This document shows positions 39,573-51,716 of a stretch of 64,000 nt of DNA, piece after piece (positions within the stretch are counted from its first letter, which is position 1; every line of letters starts with the position of its first letter). A program made the translations under genes and the position numbers. The DNA lies in the NCBI RefSeq assembly GCF_006345805.1, contig NC_043000.1, positions 147,436,001 through 147,500,000 of the forward strand, given 5' to 3'. Source of the DNA: Octopus sinensis (Eukaryota). A model generated the notes under the pieces. It saw only the letters and a list, made by a program, of their open reading frames with translations. It did no database searches and was not told where the DNA came from.

Positions 39573-39973
39573 TTCTCTTTACTCTTTTACTTGTTTCAGT
39601 CATTTGACTGCGGCCATGCTGGAGCACCGCCTTTAGTCGAGCAACTCGACCCCGGGACTTATTCTTTTTGTAAGCCCAGTACTTATTCTATCGGACTCTT
39701 TTTGCCGAACCGCTAAGTGACGGGGACGTGAACACACCAGCATCGGTTGTCAAGCAATGCTAGGGAACAAACACAGACACACAAACACACACACATACAT
39801 ATATATACATATATACGACAGGCTTCTTTCAGTTTCCGTCTACCAAATCCACTCACAAGGCATTGGTCGGCCCGGGGCTATAGCAGAAGACACTTGCCCA
39901 AGATGCCACGCAGTGGGACTGAACCCGGAACCATGTGGTCGGTTAGCAAGCTACTTATCACACAGCCACTCCT
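39573..39973 (-). mobile_element. CORE-like SINE
   Basis: Reverse complement of consensus. Confidence 0.85.
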
Positions 39974-40235
39974 AGCTCCCTCTTTTGTTCTTCGTACAAA
40001 TATATATTCGCGTATATTTATTGTATCTTCAACCTTACTTGGTTGGTCATCCGAATCCGCAGACGTGGCTGAGCTCATCGGATTTACCCTCAAATCATTG
40101 TCCTGCCTATTGAATTTAATGGACCTTTTTCTATTTTCTTTACCAACTCCCATCCTCTTTCCCTAACAACCTGTTTTTTTTATGTATGTGTTTTAACCTG
40201 AATATCTGTATATGAATGCTTTTATTTATCTTAAT

Positions 40236-41072
40236 GGATCTTTTCGGTTTGGACACAGTTTTTAAAAATAATTTCCACGTAACTAAACACTTTTAAACTT
40301 CGTATACTGGTAGAATGTGTTTATAAAACATCTTTTTCTCTTGGCTTTATTGAGAAAATTCTATAGTTTGTAAGATATTTGTTGTTTTTTTTCTTCTTCA
40401 ATTTCTGCAATTTCAACCAATCACTGACGTCTATTGAGGTGAAAACATTCTGTGCCGTATGAATATGTCCCTCGTTTAAGAAACAGATTGGGTTTATTTA
40501 CATTTCTGAAGAAAAAAAGATACCCTTCACCCACCCCTAACCCTAACCCTAACGAACCCTAACTCTCACCCTAAATCTAAAATAGATTGAAATGCAATAG
40601 ATCGATACTAGGGCCATAATTATGGGTGACATTTTCATTTGACACCACTAGAAAAAAATCCCATTTTCCGTAGCAGTGTCGTATGAAATTGTCACCCATA
40701 ATTATGGCCCTAGTATCGATCTATTGCATTTCAATCTATTTTAGATTTAGGGTGAGAGTTAGGGTTAGGGTTAGGGGTGGGGAAAGGGTATCTTTTTTCT
40801 TCACAAATGTAAATAAACCCAATCTGTTTCTTAAAGGAGGGACATATTCATACAGCACGGAACGTTGTTTACCTAAATGGACTCCAGCGATTGGTTAAAA
40901 TTGCCGAAATGCTCGAAATTTCAGACGAAATATCTTACAACCTATAGAATTTTCTCAATAAAGCCAAGAAAAAATGATGTTTTATAAACACATTCTACCA
41001 GTATACGAAGTTTAAAAGTGTTTAGTTAACTAGAAATTGTGATGAAAAGTGCCGTTCAAAAGGAAAAGATCC
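40236..41072. mobile_element. Composite inverted pair of GG-terminal MITE bodies
   Basis: Outer GGATC/GATCC termini, two oppositely oriented TTAGGG-bearing bodies, no matching 8-bp TSD. Confidence 0.75.
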
Positions 41073-41274
41073 TAGATAAGTTGTTACGTAACCCAATGCA
41101 CCTATAATGATAGATACAAATGAAAATATATTGCCATGATATATGGGCTGTAAATCTCTCGTTAGTTCTCCTTAAACGTCTTCCTTTTTCCACGTTCTTG
41201 ATGAGACATTCACAACCGCCGGGCAACCAGGCTTTAAAACAATCACATCCGCCGGGCAACCAAGCTTTAAAACA

Positions 41275-41700
41275 ATGCATTAGCTTTGTCCCCTGTTCCA
41301 GAACAATCTCGGGCATATTATGCTTTCATGGGGTTGCTATTATTATTGGAGTGTTCCACCAGTATTCTATATTTTTAAAGAAGTGGCTTTGGTATGGCCG
41401 TCAAGACAATCTTCCTTGCGTTAGTGCACTGTAGACGGTCTGGGCGACTCTGTCAGATTTTAAGTCAAGGTAGTTTCTTGTGGACATTTTTGAACAGCAG
41501 ATGATAATGTAGATGATATCTTCTACACTAGAATCGACATTTTCTGTCACAATGCGGAATATAAGAGGCATCCTTATCTTTCTTGTTGATTTAGTAATTA
41601 TTTCCTGTTCATGGATAGCAAAGGCATACTCTTCTAGGTAGTATGTGATTTATTTACTGTAGATCCAAGAAAGAGGATCATTCTTGTTGTCAGTTATTGA
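41275..41700 (-). mobile_element. Degraded RLE-LINE fragment (zinc knuckle to RLE start)
   Basis: Minus translation EEYAFAIHEQEI..., VEDIIYIIICCSKMSTRNYL..DRVAQTVY, EYWWN...KHNMPEI, paralleling KEYWWN...KHNIPDI at 2320-2769. Confidence 0.7.
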
Positions 41701-42504
41701 TATTCCATAGCTTGCAGGGCGAGTACTTAAGCATAACTTTCTGCTGGTATGATTGTTATTTCGCTTCTGAATCTCTGTTTAGGTAGGTTAGCTCTGCTAC
41801 TCTTCTCAAACATGAAACAACTGTACACTCAGCGGAGTATTTGTTCACAGGTTCTTTGTCTAATTCCATCACATTATTACTTTTAATGTTAAGTATTCAT
41901 GTTGATGTACTTACTTCTTTCTTTATTGTTCAGTAGCTATTATCTAAGAGACACAGCGTGGTACTCAAGGCTGTTTCGACTGATCTTATACCTCTACCTC
42001 TATCTCTCCGTTTAACATTGATCCTGTCTCAGTCACTGCTGATGTTGAAGTCGCCGGTTGTTGTTAGTAACTTTCTTATTATGTATGTATAATAAAAAAT
42101 ATATGCATACATAGACACATAAATATATACATACACACATACACTGACTTATGTATGCACACACGCGCGCACACAAACACACGTGTGCATGCAAACATAT
42201 GAGGTGCAGTGAATAAACTGTCGTCTAAATTACACAAAAATGAAAATAACATTGACATCTCATTTTAACAGATATATTTACCAGAATTAGGTAAAAATAT
42301 CTTGAAATACTAAAGAGTAGGCGCAGGAGTGGCTGTGTGGTAAGTAGCTTGCTAACCAACTACATGGTTCCGGGTTCAGTCCCACTGCGTGGCATCTTGG
42401 GCAAGTGTCTTCTGCTATAGCCCCGGGCCGACCAATCCTTGTGAGTGGATTTGGTAGACGGAAACTGAAAGAAGCCTCTCGTATATATGTATATATATAT
42501 ATAT

Positions 42505-43459
42505 TGATAAAACGGTAAGATAACAAAAGAAAGAAAGAGACCTCAATATTATGTAAATAGAGGAAATTTATCTATACAATAATATGTTACATTACTCGGT
42601 AGTCAAGATAAAACTCTGAGTTTCAGATGCCGAAGTGGAAATCCACAACACCATCTCATCGGTTATCTGGCTATTTGAAAACGCTAGGAAAAATACCGTT
42701 AAATAAAGGGAAATTACTCTGTTATAACTCTGTTTGCCTGCGTACTTATACATCGCTCGCATTTTTCGTCATAAAAATTATATAAAAATGCATAAAAATA
42801 TATAAATTCTTCTTGGGACATAACATAGAAAGCATGTTCTATCTGTTCTCTTTAGAGGACCAAAAACGTAACAGAAATTTAGTCACATGTGGGCATGATC
42901 CGAAAAGCTCTGTCCTTGTATTTAGACATGTAGTAGGGTCTAAGCTGCTTTTCCAGATAAGCCATCTCTCCATGTCGCATAGACCGCACCTTCCGCTGCC
43001 GTTAGTATAGGGCTTACATCTGGCCAAAATCTTCCATTGTATGTTATAATCGACACCTTTATCTCTTAAAGACCAAATATGATTAGATAATTGTGTCGCT
43101 TTTCTTTTGTTCCAGTGCCTAAAGCTCAAAGTGTGGTTATTGAACCTGGCCTTGAAATTACCCTCTGTCAGGCCCACGTATTTCTTCGTCGAAACGGTGT
43201 TTTTAGTGGTTATAGAGTTTACGGTAGCTTCATATATGATGGTCTTGGACATGCAAGCTCCATTTAGCGGGCACAATTCTTTATTCCTGCATGAACAGCT
43301 GTTTTCTTGTGTTTTTTGTATGTTATGTTTGATTATGTTTTTAAAATTGGTAGTTGAACTAAAACTAATTTTTTAATTGTGTCTATTGAAGAGTTTCCTA
43401 TAAGTATGGTTAGCTGGAAAATGTATATCTATCAGTGCTAGGAAATATTTACCTATATT

Positions 43460-43460
<1 letters not shown>
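42505..43460 (-). mobile_element. 5'-truncated Penelope-like element (GIY-YIG endonuclease C-terminus plus 3' region)
   Basis: CPLNGAC..IIYEA...YVGLTE..FKARFNNH...W.IL...CGLC..E...LN.R.E...C.H; upstream linker NIGKYFLALIDIHFP with one in-frame stop. Confidence 0.9.
42606..42668 (-). ncRNA. Type I hammerhead-like ribozyme in the Penelope 3' region
   Basis: Minus strand agataa-ccgatga-gatg...catc-t-gaaa-ctc-a-gag-tt-ttatct: perfect 6-bp stem I, palindromic stem III; core has U4->C. Confidence 0.6.
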
Positions 43461-43508
<48 letters not shown>

Positions 43509-43924
43509 TTGTCCCCCTAGCATTGCTTGACAACCGATGCTGGTGTGTTTAGGTCCCCGTTACTTAGCAGTTTGGCAAAAGAGACCGATAGAATAAGTAC
43601 TGGGCTTACAAAGAATAAGTCCTGGGGTCGATTTGCTCGACTAAAAGGCGGTGCTCCAGCATGGCCGCAGTCAAATGACTGAAACAAGTAAAAGAGTATA
43701 ATAAAAATATATGCATACATAGAAACATAAATATATACATACACACATACACTGACGTATGTATGCACACACACGCACACACAAACACACGTGTGCATGC
43801 AAACATATGAGGTGCAGTGAATAAACTGTCGTCTAAATTACACAAAAATGAAAATAACATTGACATCTCATTTTAACAGATATATTTACCAGAATTAGGT
43901 AAAAATATCTTGAAATACTAAAGA

Positions 43925-44307
43925 GTAGGCGCAGGAGTGGCTGTGTGGTAAGTAGCTTGCTAACCAACTACATGGTTCCGGGTTCAGTCCCACTGCGTGG
44001 CATCTTTGGCAAGTGTCTTCTGCTATAGCCCCGGGCCAACCAATGCCTTGTGAGTGGATTTGGTAGACGGAAACTGAAAGAAGCCTGTCGTATATATGTA
44101 TATATATATATGTGTGTGTGTTTGTGTGTCTGTGTTTGTCCCCCTAGCATTGCTTGACAACCGATGCTGGTGTGTTAATGTCCCCGTTACTTAGCGGTTC
44201 AGCAAAAGAGACCGATAGAATAAGTACTGGGCTTACAAAGAATAAGTCCCGGGGTCGATTTGCTCGACTAAAGGCGGATTGAAACAAGTAAAAGAGTAAA
44301 GAGAGTA
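43925..44307 (+). mobile_element. CORE-like SINE nested in the maT 3' region
   Basis: Family consensus with a short 3' deletion. Confidence 0.85.
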
Positions 44308-44413
44308 AATTTATTCAAAAAATCACCATTGGCTTCAACCACGGCCTCCAGACGACTTCGGAGTCTCCTACAACCCTTCTGAACGGTCTCCTTGTTTAAG
44401 TTGGTGAATGCTG

Positions 44414-44826
44414 TTTTAGATGTGTTGTGGCCTAGCGTAGCAGAACCATCAAAATAACCGCTCTGTTCAGAAGGTTGGAAAAGAAGATATCACTTTGCGA
44501 AAAAAAGAACACCGTGTATTGAACATCTCAGAACCAAGTTGTAGTTTCTATGCCTCTTACTTGAGGTTTCCGATATGTACAAGTAGAATAAGTTATACAA
44601 AATATTTACAAATGAAGACCATATTCATCTTCTGTGGAATCCAAGTCATAGTGGCATAATGCATACTTGCATTATGGTGAGATTAAGAGCTGAGGAAGTC
44701 ACGTCTTGCTCACTGTGAGCCGCTGAGGAATTCCCAAGTCCTAGAATTCCCAAGTTACACGCTACTCCGCCTAGTGGCGAGCTATTGAGATAGCTACCGT
44801 CAGGGGGGGGGGTAACTGCCCCTACA
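44414..44826 (-). mobile_element. ~410-bp insertion in the maT ORF, possibly a solo LTR
   Basis: Interrupts KARIMA|AFTNLNK; minus strand starts tgtagggg and has acaacaca near the end; flanked only by a 3-bp ctg repeat. Confidence 0.4.
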
Positions 44827-47001
44827 CTGCCATAATCCTTGCCTTCAGTTCCTCTTTGGTGCTACAAGGAGTTTTGTTGATCTCTTGCTCAACCGCACCC
44901 CACACAATAATTAAGGAGATTGCAGTCTGGGGAGTTAGGTGGCCAGATATTAGGGATGATGTGGTCGCAGAAATTGTCTGACAGCCATGACTGGGTTCTC
45001 CTGCTTGTGTTGCATAGTGCAGAGTCTTGTTGCCAGATATAAGTTCTTCCAGCAGCAACCCTCTTGACTCAGAGCAGTACTACCTCCACCAGGCACTTGA
45101 TGTAGGCCTCTGTGTTGAGTCTGAAACCGTGTGGGATGATGAGTGGCGGCATAACGTCGCCATCACTAGAGATCACTCCAAACACCATGATGTTGACTGG
45201 ATGTTTGTTCTTTATCATTCTCGGTACATCTTCTGAGTGTTCACCACCTGATCCTAGCAGAATTTTTTTCGTCTGAGAAAAGCCAGAGTATATTCGGTTG
45301 GAGGGGATGTTTGAGTTTGTTCAAAAGCTTCGTAGCGCGGTCTTTCTTCTTGTCCTTGATAGCTTGGGATAAGAATTGGATCTTTCTCATCTTTTATGAG
45401 GAATACTGAATGTCTTCATGCACTATCTGCCCGATAAGAAACTCAGACACTCCCATGTCCCTGGCGATGGATCTGATTGGCTTGGAGAGACTATAGTCAA
45501 TCATGGTCTGGATCTCACCAACAAATGCAGGAGTTCTTTCCTTAAAAAAAGGAACGATCAGAGTGAGTTTTCCGAGTTGCCGTATCTTTGTAATCACCTC
45601 TAGGCTCATCCAATTCTTTCCGAATCTTCTTCACTGTCCTCAGATTGATACCCAAACACTCCGGCGTGAATGTCAAGCAGTACATCATGTGGTTTCCAAA
45701 TTTCTGGCAAAGAGAATTGCGCCATGGTGCTGTTTTTCTTACAGACGGTGACAACTGTGTAGTCGACAAAATCAAAAACAAACAATGGACATGCGCGGAA
45801 TTAAGAATTTAAAATGACGACAATTTACCCATCGCACCCTGTATATATGTATATGTGCATATATAAAAGGTAAAGAATAAATGACTGACCATGGGATAGC
45901 AACTAGAAAGTTCCCCCTCTGAGGCACAAGTCCGGACAAGGTTGTCTATGGAAGACCAGCAGTCGCACATGCATATCAGCCTCCCCTCTACATGCCACTG
46001 ATGTTATCCAAGGGAAAGGCAAAGGTCGATACAGCTTGGCACCTGTGACGTCGCAAATCACTTCTACAGCTGAGTGAACTGGAGCAATGTGAAATGAAGT
46101 GTCTTGCTCAAGGACGCAACACACAGCCCAGTCTAGGAATTGAACTCAATATCTCACGATACCTCATGCGCCTTCATACATACATACATACATACATACA
46201 TACATACATACATACATACATACACACACGTACCAGTTTCCTCTTATTGGATCTTCTGCTCTTGTCCTCTCTAGGATCTCCCGCTTCATCGCCATCTCCC
46301 ACTTTGTCTCCCCAGTTCACCCTGTCTGCTCGTCTCTTAATGTAAGCTGCACGTTGTTCATAGCCACCCTGCGATTGAGTAGTGGCCCACTAGTCTCCCA
46401 TACATTGAGAATAGTTCTCTCCTGCTGACGCTGGTACTCAGTTCCAGGATCCCATTCCCCTTCCGAAACTTTATTGATGGTTGGATTCAATCGCACAGTC
46501 CATTAAAAATCCAGTCTTGACATATTTAGGACGGCAAACCTTTAACGAACACCACTGAAAGTTTAAAACTCATTGGTTACCTTGTGCTGTTACCCAGGAA
46601 ATGGCACATTGCCGCATGCAATCAGTTCGTGGAGCCAGTTTGAGATGCCAGGTGAAAGCAGAAGAGTATCATGAAAAGAAATTGGCAGGAGTCCTACCAA
46701 ATGTGCTGTCTGTCTTGACACCAAATATGGACGCTGTATGACCGAATGGTTAAGAAGTTCATTTCGCAACCGTGAAATTCCAGACTCGATCCTGGTTAGA
46801 CAAGTGTGAATTTTACTGCAGTCTTTGATCGACCTTCAGCTGGTGAGTAAAAATGGGTAGATGGAAGAATGTTGGGAAGGCCATCGGATGAGTTCTTCCA
46901 GTAATTCAAAGATCCGTTTTATCACACTGACATATTAAGGGCATATACGTTTGTGCAATACTTAACCTCTTCCGTGAGCAAATAGTTCTATTGATTAAAC
47001 A

Positions 47002-47484
47002 AAAGGCGGCGAGCTGGCAGAAACGGTAGCACGCTGGGCGAAATGCGTAGCCGTATTTCGTCTGCCGTTACGTTCTGAGTTCAAATTCCGCCTAGGTCGA
47101 CTTTGCCTTTCATCCTTTCGGGGTCGATAAATTAAGTACCAGTTACGCACTGGGGTCGATGTAATCGACTTAATCCGTTTGTCTGTCCTTGTTTGTCCCC
47201 TCTGTGTTTAGCCCCTTGTGGGTAATAAAGAAATAGGTATACTAAAACAGTAAGGCGGCGAGCTGGCAGAACCGTTAGCACGCTGGGCGAAATGCGTAGC
47301 CGTATTTCGTCTGCCGTTACGTTGTGAGTTCAAATTCCGCCGAGGTTGACTTTGCCTTTCATCCTTTCGGGGTCGATAAATTAAGTACCAGTTACGCACT
47401 GGGGTCGATATAATCGACTTAATCCGTTTGTCTGTCCTTGTTTGTCCCCTCTGTGTTTTAGCCCCTTGTGGGTAGTAAAAAAAA
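47002..47484 (+). mobile_element. Head-to-tail dimer of two full Nin-domain SINEs inside one 18-bp TSD
   Basis: TSD agttctattgattaaaca at 46984-47001 and 47485-47502. Confidence 0.9.
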
Positions 47485-47594
47485 AGTTCTATTGATTAAA
47501 CAGCAGAGCGCTCATCGTTGAATCTGATGGATATCCATTTTACATACGCGAGCGCGTGTACATATATTTGTAAATGAAGGAGCATGGGTTAGTG

Positions 47595-47742
47595 CAGTGC
47601 TTTTCAAACTTTTTGCTGGAGCGGAACCCCAAGGAAACATTCCACTGGCTCGAGGAACCCCTGTGCAATAATTTAATTGTCGGCGATGTTTCGCTTGTAG
47701 CAGTTTTGTAACTTCTTGCGGAACCCTGGTTGAAAACCACTG
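47595..47742. mobile_element. hAT MITE inserted in the head of a diverged tRNA-SINE
   Basis: TSD ggttagtg on both sides. Confidence 0.85.
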
Positions 47743-48046
47743 GGTTAGTGGTTAGGGTATTAAGCTCACGATCGTATCGTCGTGAGTTCGATTATATCCT
47801 TGAGCAAGATACTTTATTTCACGTTAGTCCTGTCCACCCGACTCGTAAAAGCGAGCTGTACCTGTAATTCATAGGCCGGCCAGCATTGTCACATTCTGTC
47901 ATGGTGAATCTTCCTGAGAACTACGTTAAGTGTACGAGTGTCTGTGAAATGCTCAGTCACTTACAAGTTAATTTCATAAGCAGGCTGTTCCGTTGATCGA
48001 ATCAGATGGATCACAAGTCGTCGTAACCGACAGAGTTCCAGCTATA

Positions 48047-48107
<61 letters not shown>

Positions 48108-48196
48108 TGTGGTGTGTGTGTGTGTGTGTGATTGGTTGTGGTTGGTTAAAGCAGAGAACACTCAGCTATATGAATTGCGTGAGGATGTACAATATA

Positions 48197-48422
48197 TATT
48201 TCTTTACTACCCACAAGGGGCTAAACATAGAGGGGACAAACAAGGACAGACAAACGGATTAAGTCGATTACATCGACCCCAGTGCGTAACTGGTACTTAA
48301 TTTATCGACCCCGAAAGGATGAAAGGCAAAGTCGACCTCGGCGGAATTTGAACTCAGAACGTAACGACAGACGAAATACTGCTACGAATTTCGCCCGGCG
48401 TGCTAACGTTTCTACCAGCTCG
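48197..48422 (-). mobile_element. Nin-domain SINE
   Basis: Reverse complement of consensus. Confidence 0.85.
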
Positions 48423-49082
48423 TGATCACTATTAGACTACACACATACACACACGCACGTATCTCTCTCACACACTCTATCCATGCTTATATTTATAAGT
48501 GTACGTTTAATGTTGGTGAAGATCAAGCAAGCAATTATATATATTTTAGTATGTTTGTATATGTCACTTACCATTTCGATCAAGTATTAAATTCAATATT
48601 TGGGCTTACATAGAAAGAGCCCTTTGCAATTTGTATACCGTCTTGAATTTCATCGACTCTAATACGGTTTACATTCATTTCTTCACTAATTTTTATAGAC
48701 ATGAAATCCTTTAAAAGAAATGAGAGTAGCCTCATGTGTGTAACCGCAAAGAAAGTGATAGCTTACCCTAGTTAGTCATTACCCTTCCTTTTATTTGTCT
48801 ATTTTTCTGTTTGTATTTTTCGTAATTAATTTCGTTATTTTATTTGTTTTATTTTAATCCATTCTCACATTTATATTTCTGTCAACCGCCGCCCCCTCCC
48901 CGCTGTGGAGCAACTGTCGACGAGTTCAGGTTGTACCAGGATAGACGTCCTGGAGGAGCCTCGATGTTGCCAGTTTCCTGTCACTTCTTGAGCCTGTTTG
49001 TCTTCGACCGTGGCGATCGGACGGGATAACCCTTTTCCCCGTTTGAGGGATGAGTGCAAGTTCGCTTATCTGGGACGCCGTT

Positions 49083-49306
49083 AAGGCGGGCGAGTTGGCA
49101 GAAACGTTAGCACGCCGGGCGAAATGCGTGGCCGCATTTCGTCTGCCGTTACGTTGTGAGTTCACATTCCGCCGAAGTTGACTTTGCCTTTCATCCTTTC
49201 GTGGTCGATAAATTAAGTACCAGTTACGCACTGAAGTCTATGTAATTGACTTAATCCCTTTGTCTGTCCCCTCTATGTTTAGCCCCCTTGTGGGCAATAA
49301 AGAGAT
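49083..49306 (+). mobile_element. Nin-domain SINE
   Basis: Family consensus. Confidence 0.85.
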
Positions 49307-49863
49307 ATATCTGGGACCCCGTCCTATTGCGACACATTTTTTTTTGTGTCGATCTTGTCATCTCAATCATAGACCCGGGAACCGTCGCCTGTAAAGCAGA
49401 AGAGTGGGAGATGGCTAAATACCAGTCATTAACGGTGAACATTCTTATTCCCTTTATCTCTATTAAAAGACTGCCAGTTAAGCAGTCAGCAAACTGTCGC
49501 GTTCCTCCCTCAAAATGAGATGAAAATGTTGCCCCAAGGAAAGAAATTCCATGGGTTAGGGAATACCACTGTCTGTTCTTCGCTGGCAAACTTTTGCCAT
49601 CTTGTGCGTGGGGCGTAGATGACATAAGTTCTTCAACGGTGTGTGAATTTTAGTTGTTACAACATATTTATAGCTACTGTTATTAAAGATGTTACTAAGT
49701 CCAACAATTTGCCCAGATGACACATTCTTGACGGTTCAATTAAATTAATTATGAGTTAGCAACGTTCGTTATTTACGTTTATTCACTCAGAAGAAAACAG
49801 TTTGTATATTGGTAATTTTTCGCAAAAATACCCCCGGAAAAGTGAGGACTTTTTTAAAATATC

Positions 49864-50715
49864 GGATCTTTTCTTTTTTGAAGGCCAGATTTTCCTAGTT
49901 AACTAAACAATTTGAAACTTCGTATACTGAATGTGTCAAAAGAAAACATTATTGTAAACAAAATTGTAATTCGTAACTTAAACGTAGTTTAATTTTAAGA
50001 ATTTTAACCAATGAAATCGCAGCATTCGAGCTCAAATTATTTACCTCTTCTTCTGTCTTCTACATGTGCTAGAAATAACAGCTATATCTCTTAAATCGAT
50101 TAATTTCGTCGCCCAATAAAAATATTAACGATATTTTTTTAATATTTTCTTAATTTTTTTTTTACCGAAAGGCTTCTCCCATGGTTTTGAAGGGCCAGAA
50201 ACAACAAAAACAAAACAATAATATGCCTAAATCGGTCTCGAGTTTGCGCGTGGAGTGTGAGTCGTATTGTAAAAATTTGCGAAATATTTTTTCATAAAAG
50301 GATGCCCCCAGCTTGTCGGAAGCTGTGATATAAATTGGGAAAAAAATCCTCGACACCAGTGCGTAATTGGTACTTAATTTATCGACCCCGAAACGATGAA
50401 ACATTGACCCCCCCCCTTCTGTGCAAATTTGTTGCGGCAAGTGGCAAAACACAACGTGTATTTTTGCTTGTGTGCGTATGTGTGTGTGTGTGTGTGTCGT
50501 GTGTGTCGTGCGTCTGCTATATTTCTTTATCAATATCGATAACGCAGCAATGTTGGGATTTCATTGGTTAAAATTCGTAAAAATTAAACTACGTTTAAGT
50601 TACAAATTACAATTTTGTTAACAATAATGTTTTCTTTTGACACATTCTACCAGTATACGAAGTTTCAAATTTTTTAGTTAACTAGGAAAATCTGGCCTTC
50701 TTTTAGAAAAGATCC
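49864..50715. mobile_element. GG-terminal palindromic MITE (Merlin-like) with unrelated internal cargo
   Basis: Perfect 8-bp TSD aaaatatc; interior includes a Nin-SINE fragment near 50350-50400. Confidence 0.85.
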
Positions 50716-51684
50716 AAAATATCATTTTCATGCCTTTTGTGTGTTTGTGTGCGTGTGTTTGTTTTTGTCCCCCACCATTGCTTGACAACTAGTGTTGGTT
50801 TATTTACGTCCCTGTATCTCAGCAGTTCAGCCAAAGAGACTGATAGAATAGGTACCAAGCTTTAAAAAACAAATTGACTAAGTACTGGGTTAATTTGTTT
50901 GGTGATTCCCCTGTATGATTGCTGTCAAATGACCAGAGCAAATAAAAGTTAAAAGATATTATAAATTGTAAAAGATATAATAAAGTAAAAGTGAATATGA
51001 CTTGCTCTCACCTTCATCAGAAGATCTGATGAAGCGTCTTCTTTTATAGCCCCAGGCCGACCAAAGCCTTGTGAATGGATTTGGTTGACAGAAACTGAAA
51101 GAAGCTTATCATATCATCATCATCATTTAGCATTTGTATTCAATGCTGACATGGGTTTGACAGGATCTGATGGGTCCAAGGACTGCATTATGCTCCGATG
51201 TCTGCTTTGGAATGGTTTCTACAACTGGATGCCCTTCCTAATGCAACCACTTTACAATGTAAACAGGGTGCTTTTTTCACTTGTACTATTGAGGTTATCC
51301 TGCAGCTCTCAAAACAACAATCCCTGGGGTGGGGACGGGGTGGGGGCGTTCACTTTCATGTGAAGGGATGAAAGAATTTAACTATGAGAAGGAGGGGCAG
51401 TGCAGGTTCTTGTGGAGGATCACAAGATAAAATGACTAAAACAAGTAAATAATAAAAGATGAAAGATGTACTCAGACATCATCTACAGTCAAACTAAAAT
51501 CATACAAGAGCTTCTTTCCATGAAATAATGTACACTAATAGTATAGCAAATTCATCAGTCAAGCAACTGACCATCAACAGAGGATCTGCGTTTAGCTAAA
51601 GGTGAGTAAATCTATAGAAATAGTGAATCTAATACATGATCTGTATATATAAAATATGTAGAACTATCTTGGAGAAGAGTTTAC

Positions 51685-51716
51685 CTTGAATAAACTCCTG
51701 AGCTTTAGAGAATGTT
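51685..51716 (-). CDS. Candidate 32-nt internal exon, unknown product
   Basis: tcttatttccag acceptor, CAAG|gtaaac donor; frame (R)TFSKAQEFIQ is phase-compatible with 56494-56564. Confidence 0.25.

Larger units (their letters stand above)
42317..43697 (+). mobile_element. CORE-like SINE split in its central microsatellite by a Penelope fragment
   Basis: 5' half 42317-42505, 3' half 43507-43697. Confidence 0.75.
43806..45843 (-). mobile_element. Degraded Tc1/mariner DD37D (maT) transposon with nested insertions
   Basis: Minus translation WQQD-(37 aa, including WPPNSPD)-N(D)Y; C-terminus SRLEAVVEANGDFFE*; degenerate TIRs tacagggtgcgatgggtaaattgtcgtc / tatgaggtgcagtgaataaactgtcgtc. Confidence 0.8.

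Noticed and set aside
41572-41638. Plus-strand signal-peptide-like stretch MRNIRGILIFLVDLVIISCSWIAKAYSS
   Set aside because: It is the antisense of the degraded RLE-LINE fragment, has a weak donor and no compatible downstream exon
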